IMG/VR virus record: IMGVR_UViG_3300028393_000019
Span: 124,001-188,000 of that record
Length of the DNA stretch: 64,000 nucleotides
Reading direction: 5' to 3' (one strand)
The translations under genes and the position numbers were made by a program. The notes beneath the pieces are model-generated. The model was not told the DNA's origin and made no database searches. It saw nothing but the letters and a program-made list of their open reading frames with translations. Below, piece after piece: positions 1 through 10,131 of the stretch. Every line of letters starts with the position of its first letter. The first letter of the stretch is position 1.

Positions 1-14
1 TGCCCGTAAGTTAC

Positions 15-482
15 ATGCCATTAAGCACACTAATTTGGGAAGACGCTATCAAATACATGGTTCTAGACAAGGCCGATGTGTTGATGTGGCATGACGATTG
101 GATTGTACATTCAGCCACGTGGGAAACGCCTGTACCCAGTGTTATGATGCTTCGTGAATACATGAAGCCAAAAGTCACAGTTCGATTCAGTCGTGCCAAT
201 ATCTATCTACGTGACAATGCCACTTGTGCCTACTGTTTGAAACCTGTTGAACGCAAAGTGGCCACTCTGGATCATGTGCTACCGGTCAGCAAAGGCGGCA
301 AGACCACTTGGGAAAACTGTGTAACAGCCTGTGCACCATGTAACAGTCACAAGAGTGATACTACCAAAGGATGGAAGCCCAAATTCAAACCTTACAAGCC
401 AGACTTCTACGAACTAGTAAATAAGCGTAAGAAAGAAGCATTTAACTTAAGGTACGAAGAATGGCTACAATTCATCCGGTAA
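15..482 (+). CDS. HNH endonuclease (McrA-like; probably 5'-truncated by the window edge)
   Basis: RDNATCAYC ... TLDHVLPVSKGG ... WENCVTACAPCNSHK HNH signature. Confidence 0.9.
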   Translation: MPLSTLIWEDAIKYMVLDKADVLMWHDDWIVHSATWETPVPSVMMLREYMKPKVTVRFSRANIYLRDNATCAYCLKPVERKVATLDHVLPVSKGGKTTWENCVTACAPCNSHKSDTTKGWKPKFKPYKPDFYELVNKRKKEAFNLRYEEWLQFIR

Positions 483-895
483 AGAAGTTCTTATGGACAG
501 TCCTAGGCTTTTTAAGTCTAGGCATGGCGTATGTTGGGCTGGTCACGCCCGGCATACCCTACAGTTGCTTTGTGGTGGCCGCGGCCTACTGTTTTGCCAA
601 GGGCAACGAACGTATGCATCGTTGGCTATACAATCATAAGATCTTCGGCCCGTTCCTTACCAACTGGAATACCAAGCGTGTGTTCCCTACCAAGATGAAG
701 TTCTTCATGCTGGCCATGATGAGCTCTAGCTTGATCATCATGAGCTTTACTGTTCCCGTTAAGGGCGTGATCTATACAGGTATCTTTATGCTGTGTGTGG
801 CCATATGGGCTTGGCGTTGGCCCGGTAGTGTAGAAGAACACGATCGACGCATCGCAGAGGGCCGTAAGATAGGCTGGTTCAACAATAGCTTCTAA
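461..895 (+). CDS. DUF454/YbaN-family inner membrane protein
   Basis: LGMAYVGLVTPGIP...F...AAYCFAK...HRWL...FGP pattern; several TM segments. Confidence 0.8.
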   Translation: MATIHPVKKFLWTVLGFLSLGMAYVGLVTPGIPYSCFVVAAAYCFAKGNERMHRWLYNHKIFGPFLTNWNTKRVFPTKMKFFMLAMMSSSLIIMSFTVPVKGVIYTGIFMLCVAIWAWRWPGSVEEHDRRIAEGRKIGWFNNSF

Positions 896-907
896 GCTAA
901 ATATTGT

Positions 908-1111
908 ATGAGAGCCGCAGAATTCCTAAGAGGGTTAGCAGATATGATCGATGCAATGGATAGTAAATCCAGCAACGATAGTGTCGACGCAGAACAAAAA
1001 GACCTAAACCCTATAATGGTACCACCATTGCAACAGCATATCGAACTGGCCAAAGCCGGACAGGGCAAGGACAGCGAAGTAATTCAAAAACTCACTCGCA
1101 GTGAGCACTAA
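908..1111 (+). CDS. hypothetical protein with MRAAEF N-terminus (possible head-packaged protein)
   Basis: TAAATA late-type motif at 898-903, 4 nt before the ATG. Confidence 0.65.
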   Translation: MRAAEFLRGLADMIDAMDSKSSNDSVDAEQKDLNPIMVPPLQQHIELAKAGQGKDSEVIQKLTRSEH

Positions 1112-1146
1112 TCAAAGCCGATAAATACTCTAACTAGGGTATTTCG

Positions 1147-1977
1147 ATGGCTTTCGCACAAAAACTATTCACCAGCTTACAGAACTACAACAATCCGGAC
1201 ACTAGGATCGGTGAGCTTAACCGCATTTGGTATGATAGTGTCAATAATGTATTTCGTATACAGTTAGATACTACAACTCCTGGCGGTACTATTATAGGTT
1301 TTAGTGGAGTTACCTATAAAGGTCTATATAACGTAACAACTAACACTCCTGCTATATCAGATGCAACAGGATTGGCAGGCTGGGAATGGACCGTATCAGG
1401 CTCCGGAACTCGTAATTTTGGCAACGGCCCGATAGTTATGCAAGACGGTGACTTGCTAATCCATAATGGATCGCATTATGATTTGATTCCTGGACCAAGA
1501 ACACAACTACAGGCCAACTGGACTGAAACTAATTCAAGTCTTGTATCTTTCATACTTAACAAACCAGTATTGGCCACAGTAGCAACTAGTGGTAGTTATA
1601 CTGATTTAACTAATAAGCCTACTATTCCAGCCGCACAAATACAAAGCGATTGGACACAGGCAACAACTTCAGCACTTGATTATATTAAAAACAAACCTAA
1701 TCTTACTATAAAATCAACTAGACTAGTTACCACTGCTACTTATCTAGCCACTACCAGCGATTACTATATTGGTGTTAACCGAGCAGGCGCAGTTGCTATT
1801 ACACTACCCACGCCTGGCGATGGATATGAACTGGTAATCAAAGACGAAAGCGGTGCGTGTACCACTTATCCAATCAGCATTGTGGGAACTATAGACAATG
1901 ATGCTGGCGGTGCCACACTATCAATTAACAATGGAGCCTTGCATCTAATATATAGATCAGGATGGAGAATAATCTAA
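1147..1977 (+). CDS. virion structural / tail fibre-like protein
   Basis: Thr/Gly-rich; VATSGSYTDL.NKP and QSDW...YIKNKP fibre repeats; C-terminal ITLP...IKDESG domain; late motif upstream. Confidence 0.7.
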   Translation: MAFAQKLFTSLQNYNNPDTRIGELNRIWYDSVNNVFRIQLDTTTPGGTIIGFSGVTYKGLYNVTTNTPAISDATGLAGWEWTVSGSGTRNFGNGPIVMQDGDLLIHNGSHYDLIPGPRTQLQANWTETNSSLVSFILNKPVLATVATSGSYTDLTNKPTIPAAQIQSDWTQATTSALDYIKNKPNLTIKSTRLVTTATYLATTSDYYIGVNRAGAVAITLPTPGDGYELVIKDESGACTTYPISIVGTIDNDAGGATLSINNGALHLIYRSGWRII

Positions 1978-2588
1978 TGACATATCTTTTTAACAACAAC
2001 ATGGAAGTAGCTAACGATGTAGGTAACCCTTTACCCATCACTGGCAACGTAACAGCAACGATTGGTAATATTATTACTGTTGTTACAACGGAAGATGCTG
2101 GTGACAAATACAGTTTTAACAATCACGCGGCCAATGCCACTCGTGGATGGACCATGGACAACACCATGCGTCCTGTAGTGAGTTTTCAGAATGGCAGTGC
2201 CGATGCCGCAGATGTAATCAAAATTTTAGAATACGAAATTGGCAACAACAATGCCAATCAAAGCACCATTGTGTATGAGTGGTATGAAGGCCCACTAACT
2301 ATTGCAGGCGCGGCCATACCCTCCTGGACTATATTTGGTGTACACAGTCAATATCGAGTGTATCAAGATCAATACTCCTCTAATCAAGGCAATACCTTTA
2401 CTGTTCCGACAGGCACATACATGAGACATAGTGGTATTATCATTGGTAAAAATACCAGCGGCGACGAAGGTCCCGTAAGTCTATACGGAGGCAATAGTAG
2501 AAACATGCTGACACTTTGTATGCGACGAGTAGATAACGCTACTAAACTGGACGTATGGTTTGCTTTTACTATTAGAGAGTTAGCCTGA
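1977..2588 (+). CDS. putative virion structural protein
   Basis: Translationally coupled to the previous ORF (TAATG); beta-rich composition. Confidence 0.55.
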   Translation: MTYLFNNNMEVANDVGNPLPITGNVTATIGNIITVVTTEDAGDKYSFNNHAANATRGWTMDNTMRPVVSFQNGSADAADVIKILEYEIGNNNANQSTIVYEWYEGPLTIAGAAIPSWTIFGVHSQYRVYQDQYSSNQGNTFTVPTGTYMRHSGIIIGKNTSGDEGPVSLYGGNSRNMLTLCMRRVDNATKLDVWFAFTIRELA

Positions 2589-2618
2589 TAAATATACACA
2601 CTTAACTAAAGGTTTATT

Positions 2619-3440
2619 ATGAAAAAGTTTTTATTTGCGCTACTGCTAGCGGCCACAAGTCTAGCACACGCCTGGGAGCAACGTGCTCCAAATCCAGTAC
2701 AAGCCTGCGCTGTTCATCAACCATACGGCTTTGCACAAACAGCACGTCAACTACAACCTATTTGCCGTCAGGCTTATCTAGTTGCATATGACGCACAGGC
2801 TAAACTACCAAACTATGTTGCTTATACACTGACTCCTCCTAATGCACTAGGTTGCGTTGCCCGTACTAATGCGTTTGCCGCAGATCAAAGTATCCAAGGC
2901 GGCGCTCGTCCGGATGACTATGCGGCCACAGGCTACGACAAAGGACACATGGCTCCAGATGGCGACCTATCATGGGATCCACAAGTAGAGTTCGAATCGT
3001 TCCTAATGACCAATATGAGCCCACAAGCTGGTAGCTTAAATCGCGGTATTTGGAAACTGTTGGAAACATCAGTACGTGGTTGGGCAGTACAGCGTAATCA
3101 AACTTACACAATTATCGCAGGCGGCATTTATGATGCTACTGACAAGAAGATCGGTAACGGTGTAGTTGTACCTCACGGTTTCTACAAGATCGTTATCAAT
3201 CAAGCTACAGGGGAAATTGCAGGTTGGGCATTTCCACACGTTGCACCATATCCTAACTTGGGTAATGATCTAACCCGTTTCCGCTTGCCAATTGTACAGA
3301 TTGAAAAAACAGCAGGAATTGACTTTAAATTTCCTAAAAACGCTAGAGAACTAGACCCAGGCAAAGAATGGCCTGTAGACTATGGAGCCCTTACCAATGC
3401 TAAACGTGCTAAATGCGGAGCCAGTGCTTCCGCCGACTGA
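2619..3440 (+). CDS. secreted DNA/RNA non-specific endonuclease (NucA/EndoG family)
   Basis: Signal peptide; GYDKGHMAP and SFLMTNMSPQ...NRGIWKLLE motifs. Confidence 0.9.
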   Translation: MKKFLFALLLAATSLAHAWEQRAPNPVQACAVHQPYGFAQTARQLQPICRQAYLVAYDAQAKLPNYVAYTLTPPNALGCVARTNAFAADQSIQGGARPDDYAATGYDKGHMAPDGDLSWDPQVEFESFLMTNMSPQAGSLNRGIWKLLETSVRGWAVQRNQTYTIIAGGIYDATDKKIGNGVVVPHGFYKIVINQATGEIAGWAFPHVAPYPNLGNDLTRFRLPIVQIEKTAGIDFKFPKNARELDPGKEWPVDYGALTNAKRAKCGASASAD

Positions 3441-3566
3441 TCCGGATAAATATCCTGTATACCCCGAAGATGATGGTACAGATCGTCCAAGAAATCCTTA
3501 TAGCCCTGTGTAAAGACACGTGGCAGGGAATCATAAGATTTGGATGCGGACTTGAAGGATTACCTT

Positions 3567-4988
3567 ATGAAAACGACAGTACTAGAAGATAAGTTATTTA
3601 AAATGCTCAAAGACAATCTTGCCGATCTATGGCAAGATGATCTGATTGCTGAAGCAGGACAAAAACCACTCCAGGAAAAATGGAGTCAGAAATACAAGAG
3701 CTCTATAAACTGTAGCCATCCTAAAGGTTTCAGTCAGAAAGCTCATTGTGCCGGCAAGAAAAAACACAATGAAGACATCACTATGGAAGCAGTATGCCCA
3801 GATTGCGGCATGTGTCAAACTCACGGCACGCTCAATGAAATCAAGAAGGGCCAAAAAGATGCCAATGGCTACACCCGATGCTGGCCGGGCAAACACGCCG
3901 AAGGCACCAAGAAGGGCAAGAATGGCGGACAGGTGCGTAAATGTGTACCAAATGAAGGTGTGGCGGAAGGCTCTGAGCTTTCTACGTCAACGCTTACTGG
4001 TGAAATTCCCACAGCAATGGGTCCTAGAAAGAGAGAACAGAGAGAATTGATAGAAAAATATGCTCTCTACAACAAAGAGCGAGACTATTTTGAATTATTC
4101 TCAGAGCTGTCAGACAAACCTATGCCTGAAATTTATAATATGAATGATTCGCATCAGTTAGCATATGAACTTTATAACTTAGGATCTCAAATTGCCAGTG
4201 ATTGGAAAAACATTGGTAATCCTACATTTAGCCGTCGTGAATATCTCATCCAAATAATGGCCGATTGGTATAATTTATTTAAAAAATCAATTCAAAAATA
4301 CAAGAGTATGGCGCAAGGTGTAGCGGAAGGCGGTCCTTACGACTTGCCCGGTAAAGATTATGACCGTGCTGGAGATGCGCCACACAAACCTTCTAGAGCA
4401 AAAAACAATCCCTATCCTTTTAGCAAAGAAGAGGATGATGATTACTTCCGTGAAATATTCCGCAAGAAGCGTGAAGCCAAGGAAAAAGATAAAGATGTAG
4501 CGGAAGATTGGAACAAGGTCAATCATCATGATCATACCAACGGACTGAGTCAAAAAGCAGTTAACAGCTATCGTCGTGAACATCCAGGTTCAAAACTCAA
4601 GACCGCAGTCACTACCAAGCCCAGCAAGTTGAAGGCAGGTAGCAAGGCAGCCAAACGTCGCAAGAGCTTTTGTGCTAGAATGGGCGGTAACAAAGGTCCA
4701 ATGAAAACCCCAAGTGGTAAACCTACTCCCAAAGCACTAGCCTTGCGCCGCTGGCATTGTGAAAGTTTGGAAGAACTGTTGGTCACAGCCAGACAACGCA
4801 TATATGAAGCAGAAGGTGAGCCAGAAGGACTCAAGCATCTTACTCCGCATCTGGCCAAAGACATATTGGATCAGATTGAAAAAGAAGGTGTACATGCCAT
4901 TGTTAAAAGTATTGAATGGGGAGATGGCGGAGCCAAAGAACTGATCAATATTATCAAGCGTGAACTAAAGAAAGTGGCCAACGATTAA
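3567..4988 (+). CDS. modular, Lys-rich putative head-packaged polyprotein
   Basis: Short basic Cys-containing modules separated by (L/I/V)xE sites including GVAEG x2 and DVAED; ATG 3567 chosen over TTG 3540. Confidence 0.7.
   Translation: MKTTVLEDKLFKMLKDNLADLWQDDLIAEAGQKPLQEKWSQKYKSSINCSHPKGFSQKAHCAGKKKHNEDITMEAVCPDCGMCQTHGTLNEIKKGQKDANGYTRCWPGKHAEGTKKGKNGGQVRKCVPNEGVAEGSELSTSTLTGEIPTAMGPRKREQRELIEKYALYNKERDYFELFSELSDKPMPEIYNMNDSHQLAYELYNLGSQIASDWKNIGNPTFSRREYLIQIMADWYNLFKKSIQKYKSMAQGVAEGGPYDLPGKDYDRAGDAPHKPSRAKNNPYPFSKEEDDDYFREIFRKKREAKEKDKDVAEDWNKVNHHDHTNGLSQKAVNSYRREHPGSKLKTAVTTKPSKLKAGSKAAKRRKSFCARMGGNKGPMKTPSGKPTPKALALRRWHCESLEELLVTARQRIYEAEGEPEGLKHLTPHLAKDILDQIEKEGVHAIVKSIEWGDGGAKELINIIKRELKKVAND
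3955..4507 (+). repeat. three copies of an AAG(G/A)TGT(G/A)GCGGAAG junction repeat
   Basis: 3955-3971 AAGGTGTGGCGGAAGGC; 4315-4331 AAGGTGTAGCGGAAGGC; 4492-4507 AAGATGTAGCGGAAGA. Confidence 0.8.
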
Positions 4989-4989
4989 A

Positions 4990-5382
4990 ATGAAAAAACT
5001 GTTACTTGCCGTTGTATTTGTTAGTCTTACCGGATGCAGTGTGATCAGCAGTATCAAAGATCAAATACCCAGCGGCTGGGATGCCAATCAAAGTCAAGTA
5101 GTCACAGACATGCAACAAATGACACGTCATATTGATTGCACAGGAGACTTGAAGACACAACTGCATTCATTGTTTATGAAAGTAGAATGGTATGATATCT
5201 ATGCCACTACTAAGAATACTCGAGACATGGCTAAATTAGATCAGGTTATGCTGACAACAATTAGAGAGTTTCAAGAAAGAGTAGACAAAGGCGCAGTTAG
5301 TGCAATTTACTGTGACATGAAGAAAAAAGTACTAATACAGCAAGCTGACGTCATTGCCAAGACGGTACAGGGGAGATTTTAA
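4990..5382 (+). CDS. lipoprotein
   Basis: MKKLLLAVVFVSLTGC lipobox. Confidence 0.75.
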   Translation: MKKLLLAVVFVSLTGCSVISSIKDQIPSGWDANQSQVVTDMQQMTRHIDCTGDLKTQLHSLFMKVEWYDIYATTKNTRDMAKLDQVMLTTIREFQERVDKGAVSAIYCDMKKKVLIQQADVIAKTVQGRF

Positions 5383-5618
5383 TGAGCGACCAACTAATAG
5401 CAGTAGCATCAAGTGGTGATCAATGGGCGGCTGAACGTGCTCAGTATGCGTTACAAATAAGTGATGCAGTTGCTAGTGGACAAATGAGCAAAGAAGAAGC
5501 TACTGAAGTTTTACAAGATATGATTGCTACTCAACAGCTACAAGAACAAGCCCAAGCTGATCAAGTCAAAGCCGCCCTGTTCTTTGGTATTACGAATCTA
5601 ATCAGTATGTACGTTTAA
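5382..5618 (+). CDS. hypothetical protein
   Basis: ORF coupled to the lipoprotein gene. Confidence 0.65.
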   Translation: MSDQLIAVASSGDQWAAERAQYALQISDAVASGQMSKEEATEVLQDMIATQQLQEQAQADQVKAALFFGITNLISMYV

Positions 5619-6804
5619 AAACATCAACTAGGGCCGAGACTAGGTCTTCAATCATTCCATCATCGTGAAACGGAGTAGGTGCAAAACGTAACCGCTCCGT
5701 TCCCACATCTACTGTGGGATAATTGATGGCCTGTACATAGATACTGTAGTCAGCTAGCAATGCATCGCTCATGGCTTTGGCTCGTTTGGCATCACCCACT
5801 AGAACAGGCACGATATGACTGGTACTACAGGTCATAACAGGTATACCAGCCACAGTTAATCTATGCTTGAGTTTGCGAGCACGTTCCTGATGCCGTTCGC
5901 GGATTTCGGGGTGATCCTTCAGCCATTTGATAGCTGCCATTGCGCCACTACAGGTCACTGGACTCATTGATGTTGTAAAGATAAAACCAGCGGCCACACT
6001 ACGGATAGCATCTGCTACAATCCGATCGCAGGCAATATAACCGCCTTGAACTCCAAAGGCCTTTCCCAAGGTTCCGTTGACTATGTCAATCTTGTGTTCA
6101 AGAGCTAGTTCTTCTACTTTGCCACCTCCTGTTGCTCCGTATAGGCCCACAGCGTGTACTTCGTCAATGTAGGTAATAGCTTTGTATTTTTCTGCCAGTT
6201 TGCATATCTCTTTGATATGCCCCACATCACCATCCATTGAGTATACTGATTCAAATACCACACAAGGCGTATTGCCCTGTGCAAAACTGATCTTGAGTTT
6301 TTGTTCTAGATCTTCCAAGTCGTTGTGTTTGAACACAACTTTTTTAGCACGACTGTGTTGTATACCCACAATGATTGAGTTGTGATTGTTGGCATCGCTG
6401 ACATATTCAATATTGGGAATGATCTTGGCCAGGGCAATCAAGGTCCATTCGTTGGCCACATAGGCTGAACTGAACAGCACAGCTTTTTCTTTCTTGTGTA
6501 GTGTGGCAATTTCGTGTTCCAAAGCCACATGATAGTGACTGGTGCCACCAATGTTGCGTGTACCACCTGACCCACTGCCTGTATGATCCAATGCAGTGTG
6601 CATGGCTTCTAGCACCACTTTGTTCTGACCCATGCCCAAATAGTCGTTTGAACACCAATTGGTTATGTTCTTGATATTATAGGGTCCGTACCAAATAGCA
6701 CTGGGAAATTTGCCTGTTTCACGCACAATATCGTTAAACACACGATATTTGCCTGACTCTTTAAGTTCTGCTACCAGCTTCTCGAAGGGTTCTTTGTTTA
6801 TCAT
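5602..6804 (-). CDS. hemA: 5-aminolevulinate synthase (C4/Shemin pathway)
   Basis: [49 protein letters not shown] (PLP lysine), GFIFTTS; ATG 6804 lies 7 nt after TAAATA. Confidence 0.95.
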   Translation of the reverse strand: MINKEPFEKLVAELKESGKYRVFNDIVRETGKFPSAIWYGPYNIKNITNWCSNDYLGMGQNKVVLEAMHTALDHTGSGSGGTRNIGGTSHYHVALEHEIATLHKKEKAVLFSSAYVANEWTLIALAKIIPNIEYVSDANNHNSIIVGIQHSRAKKVVFKHNDLEDLEQKLKISFAQGNTPCVVFESVYSMDGDVGHIKEICKLAEKYKAITYIDEVHAVGLYGATGGGKVEELALEHKIDIVNGTLGKAFGVQGGYIACDRIVADAIRSVAAGFIFTTSMSPVTCSGAMAAIKWLKDHPEIRERHQERARKLKHRLTVAGIPVMTCSTSHIVPVLVGDAKRAKAMSDALLADYSIYVQAINYPTVDVGTERLRFAPTPFHDDGMIEDLVSALVDVFKRTY

Positions 6805-6889
6805 AGTCCAGTATTTAACGATAAATAACTGGACAAACAAATATTGTGGCGTACTAGCGCATGTCATTAAATACTAGCAAGGAGAAACT

Positions 6890-8860
6890 ATGTCATTAAA
6901 TGCACAAACAGGCTATCACGAAAGTTCGGCGATGCCACAGCGAGTACGAGACGTACTTGGACGCTTAAAAGTATCAGTTCATCAAAACGTTTATGAAGCT
7001 GACTTTGAATACGGAACACAACCCCTACGTTGGGAAATTGTAACACAAGGCAGTGGTTCAGTTGCCTCTGTTCCCGGATCGGGTGGTGTGCGTATGCGTG
7101 TTACCAATGCGGCAGGCGATATTGCATTGCGTCAAAGTCGTCCATATCACAGATATCAACCAGGTAAGACCATGTTCATGGCCACAGGTTGTCAATTTGG
7201 TGTAGCCACTGCGTCGCAAGTTCAACGTGTGGGGTTCTTTGATGACTCAAACGGTGTATTTTTTGAACAAGGTGTTGCCACACAAACTAATCCATACGGC
7301 ATGTATGTGGTGGTGCGCAGTGACGCAGGTGGCACAATACAGGAAACACGTTGGGGATTAGACAGCTGGAACGGCGATCTTAATAATATTCGTCAATTAG
7401 ATTTCACACGTATACAGATGTTCTGGATTGAATATGCATGGTACGGAGCTGGTGCAACACGTTTTGGTTTCTGGATCAACGGTGAACCGGTGATTGCACA
7501 TCAAATTGGCTGGGCCAACTACAACAACACAGTCAACGCAACTGGACCACAAACTCAGCCTTGGGCACGTACAGGTAACTTGCCAGTGCGCTATGAAATC
7601 CGTAACATAAATGCAGTGGTACCTAATCCCAGCGACATGTATCACTATGGTGTGTCGGTTATCGTTGAAGGTGGACGAGACGAACAGCGTGGTTTTACAT
7701 ACTCATATGGTTTGCCAAATACTGTACAAACTCGTTCAGTAAGTCCATCCACAACACGTTTTCCATTGTTGACAATCCGTGGACGCCAGTTTGGTACGCA
7801 GGAATACGGCACAGTTTATGCGTCATCAACTGGTGCGACAATTACATCAATCGGGGCGGCAGTGAGTTGTAACCTTACAGCCAGCATTTCAGGAACTACA
7901 CTAACAGTCACGGCTACCAATTCGGGAACAATCCAAGCTGGACAACAGCTAACTGGTTTTGGTGTTGCATTTGGCACATATATAACTGGTGGTAGTGGGT
8001 CAACTTGGTCAGTAAGTATCAGTCAAACTACTGCGTCAACAACCATTACTGGATATAGTGTAACTATAACATTCCCAGCGGCCACATTTACCAGCGGACA
8101 GTTTAATGGACGCATGATATTCTTCCCAGGACAAGGCGGAACAGCATTAGATAAAAACGGTATTGTTGCTCGTGTGATTGCTACCAGCCCAACAACATTG
8201 ATCGTTGCTGATCCTGTAACAGGTGGCGCATTGACATCAACGCCTAGCGTTGGTACTCCTCCAGCCGCAAGCGCAATGAGTGGAGGTGTAACTGGTGGAT
8301 ATACATTTACAGTTGGTACTATATCTGGAGCCACAGTTGGTATGAGTGTAACTGGCACTGGTATTAGTCCGGGCAGTATTGTTAGTGCCATTAATGGTAG
8401 TGTAGTTACCATCAACCAACCATTGACAGCCAACAGTGCAGGCAATGCTACATTTGTAGCAGGCTACTGTATTGGACTAATTAATCGTGGACAATTACTA
8501 CCACGTCGTTTGATGGTGTCATCAGATACACGTTGCGTGGTTGAAGTTATTGCAGGTAGTATCACTAATAACAGCACACTAACTGGTGCAAACTTTGTAC
8601 CAATGGCCAGCTCAGGATCGACCAACAGTTTCGCTGAACGTGACTTTAGTGCTACTGCTGTAGCTGGCGGCGAAGTTGTGTTTGCGTTTACACTTGCTAG
8701 TGGTTCAGGATTGCAGGATATTGACTTCAGCTACTTCTTCCCCTTGTATAACAGTATTAGAGGAAATCAAATTGATCAATTAACAGTTGCAATTACTACA
8801 ATTAGTGGCACTACATCAGTTGTTGGTGCGCACTTGATCTGTCAAGAGGCTATGAGTTAA
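6890..8860 (+). CDS. large virion structural protein
   Basis: 656 aa; Thr/Gly/Ser-rich C-terminal half; AGGAG RBS and TAAATA upstream. Confidence 0.7.
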   Translation: MSLNAQTGYHESSAMPQRVRDVLGRLKVSVHQNVYEADFEYGTQPLRWEIVTQGSGSVASVPGSGGVRMRVTNAAGDIALRQSRPYHRYQPGKTMFMATGCQFGVATASQVQRVGFFDDSNGVFFEQGVATQTNPYGMYVVVRSDAGGTIQETRWGLDSWNGDLNNIRQLDFTRIQMFWIEYAWYGAGATRFGFWINGEPVIAHQIGWANYNNTVNATGPQTQPWARTGNLPVRYEIRNINAVVPNPSDMYHYGVSVIVEGGRDEQRGFTYSYGLPNTVQTRSVSPSTTRFPLLTIRGRQFGTQEYGTVYASSTGATITSIGAAVSCNLTASISGTTLTVTATNSGTIQAGQQLTGFGVAFGTYITGGSGSTWSVSISQTTASTTITGYSVTITFPAATFTSGQFNGRMIFFPGQGGTALDKNGIVARVIATSPTTLIVADPVTGGALTSTPSVGTPPAASAMSGGVTGGYTFTVGTISGATVGMSVTGTGISPGSIVSAINGSVVTINQPLTANSAGNATFVAGYCIGLINRGQLLPRRLMVSSDTRCVVEVIAGSITNNSTLTGANFVPMASSGSTNSFAERDFSATAVAGGEVVFAFTLASGSGLQDIDFSYFFPLYNSIRGNQIDQLTVAITTISGTTSVVGAHLICQEAMS

Positions 8861-8863
8861 TAA

Positions 8864-9274
8864 ATGCTGGTCAAAGAAATACTCACCGAAGGCTTGAACA
8901 AGAAAGCAACATTTGCTATCCTGCATGACTTTGTACGATTTGCTGCCGAAGACTTGGAGCTCAAGAGCTTGCCACAGTTTGACTTTGTGTTTGACTCGAA
9001 GCAAAGTGTTGAGAACAAGAGCTTTGGTGGGTATAGGCCTGGAGCGGAACACATTACTATCACTGTAAAGCATCGTCATATCAACGATGTATGCCGTACC
9101 TTAGCACATGAGCTGGTACACTATTCACAAGATCTAAAAAGTGAACTAGAAGATGATGGTGCTGGTGCTACTGGATCGCCACAGGAAAACGAAGCTAATG
9201 CCCGTGCCGCGGTTATCATGCGCAACTGGGGCAAGAAGCATCCTGACTACTTTGATAAAGAATCAATAGAATAA
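8864..9274 (+). CDS. putative zinc metallopeptidase (HExxH)
   Basis: RTLAHELVHYSQ ... ENEANA; N-terminus MLVKEILTE. Confidence 0.7.
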   Translation: MLVKEILTEGLNKKATFAILHDFVRFAAEDLELKSLPQFDFVFDSKQSVENKSFGGYRPGAEHITITVKHRHINDVCRTLAHELVHYSQDLKSELEDDGAGATGSPQENEANARAAVIMRNWGKKHPDYFDKESIE

Positions 9275-9284
9275 AGAGTCAAAT

Positions 9285-9304
9285 AAAAAGGCCCCGTAGG
9301 GCCT
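9285..9304 (-). terminator. intrinsic terminator between convergent genes
   Basis: AAAAAGGCCC-CGTA-GGGCCT hairpin with U-tract on the minus strand. Confidence 0.7.
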
Positions 9305-9343
9305 AGTAGTATTATATTGCACTTCTGCAAACAAAGCTATGCT

Positions 9344-9610
9344 TTACTTCTTTGTGCCCGTATTTACGAACCCATAGAACTTTTCAGCGGCTTCCATGAT
9401 CTTGTCCATACCTGGAAACTCTGGCATTGCCACTGTGCTGACAACTTGTCCAGTTTTCTCATCACGAGCAACTGACATTTCCCAGCCCTTGAACTTCATA
9501 TGATATTCATCCATAACAGCGTCTTTGGCCATGGCCAACACATCTGTACGGATCTCGTAGCCGTTTTTGCTGAACTTGACTTCTGGTAGTTTTGGAGTAA
9601 AATCAGACAT
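9344..9610 (-). CDS. hypothetical protein
   Basis: AGGAG RBS; coupled to the upstream ORF. Confidence 0.7.
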   Translation of the reverse strand: MSDFTPKLPEVKFSKNGYEIRTDVLAMAKDAVMDEYHMKFKGWEMSVARDEKTGQVVSTVAMPEFPGMDKIMEAAEKFYGFVNTGTKK

Positions 9611-9816
9611 TATTTTGCTCCTTTGCGAACTGTGTTTTTGGCATTGGCCACTAGTGTTTGTGCTAGGTCCAAGGTGGTATCAACCCAGCCTTGATAAAAC
9701 TTAGTTTGTGCTTCGATCAGTGTGACTAATTTTGACTGCACTTCTTTGTCAGATACGAATGTATTGACGATTGTTTTCTTGCCACTTTGAATGGCGTCGA
9801 TTGCTTGATTAAACAT
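9610..9816 (-). CDS. phasin-like small helical protein
   Basis: Start MFNQAIDAIQ with AGGAGA RBS; amphipathic helical pattern resembling phasins. Confidence 0.5.
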   Translation of the reverse strand: MFNQAIDAIQSGKKTIVNTFVSDKEVQSKLVTLIEAQTKFYQGWVDTTLDLAQTLVANAKNTVRKGAK

Positions 9817-9911
9817 TTTAAATCTCCTGTGTGTAATGTTTGTGTGTTTGTAACAACGTTTGCTGTTACAGTTAGTATATATGCCTTTTGTGAAAAAACA
9901 TAGTGTAATGG

Positions 9912-10010
9912 TTATCTTGCTATAAACAAGTATGTGACTATGGCCGCAATCGCCCATGCCGCACACTTCTCACCGTACTTGGCTTCAAATCGTGCAATGG
10001 CTTCTGCCAT
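9912..10010 (-). CDS. 32-aa small membrane peptide (not in ORF track)
   Basis: MAEAIARFEAKYGEKCAAWAIAAIVTYLFIAR; GGAG RBS. Confidence 0.5.
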   Translation of the reverse strand: MAEAIARFEAKYGEKCAAWAIAAIVTYLFIAR

Positions 10011-10011
10011 A

Positions 10012-10131
10012 TTATGCTCCGTATACAGCTTTGGCTTCTGCAACACGACCTTGACGAGCAAGCCAAGCCGCATGACGTGCTTCACCTACTGATACTAATA
10101 CATGCCATACTGTGCTCAGAATAGTTTTCAT
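10012..10131 (-). CDS. 39-aa small protein (not in ORF track)
   Basis: MKTILSTVWHVLVSVGEARHAAWLARQGRVAEAKAVYGA; ATGA overlap with the upstream gene. Confidence 0.6.
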   Translation of the reverse strand: MKTILSTVWHVLVSVGEARHAAWLARQGRVAEAKAVYGA

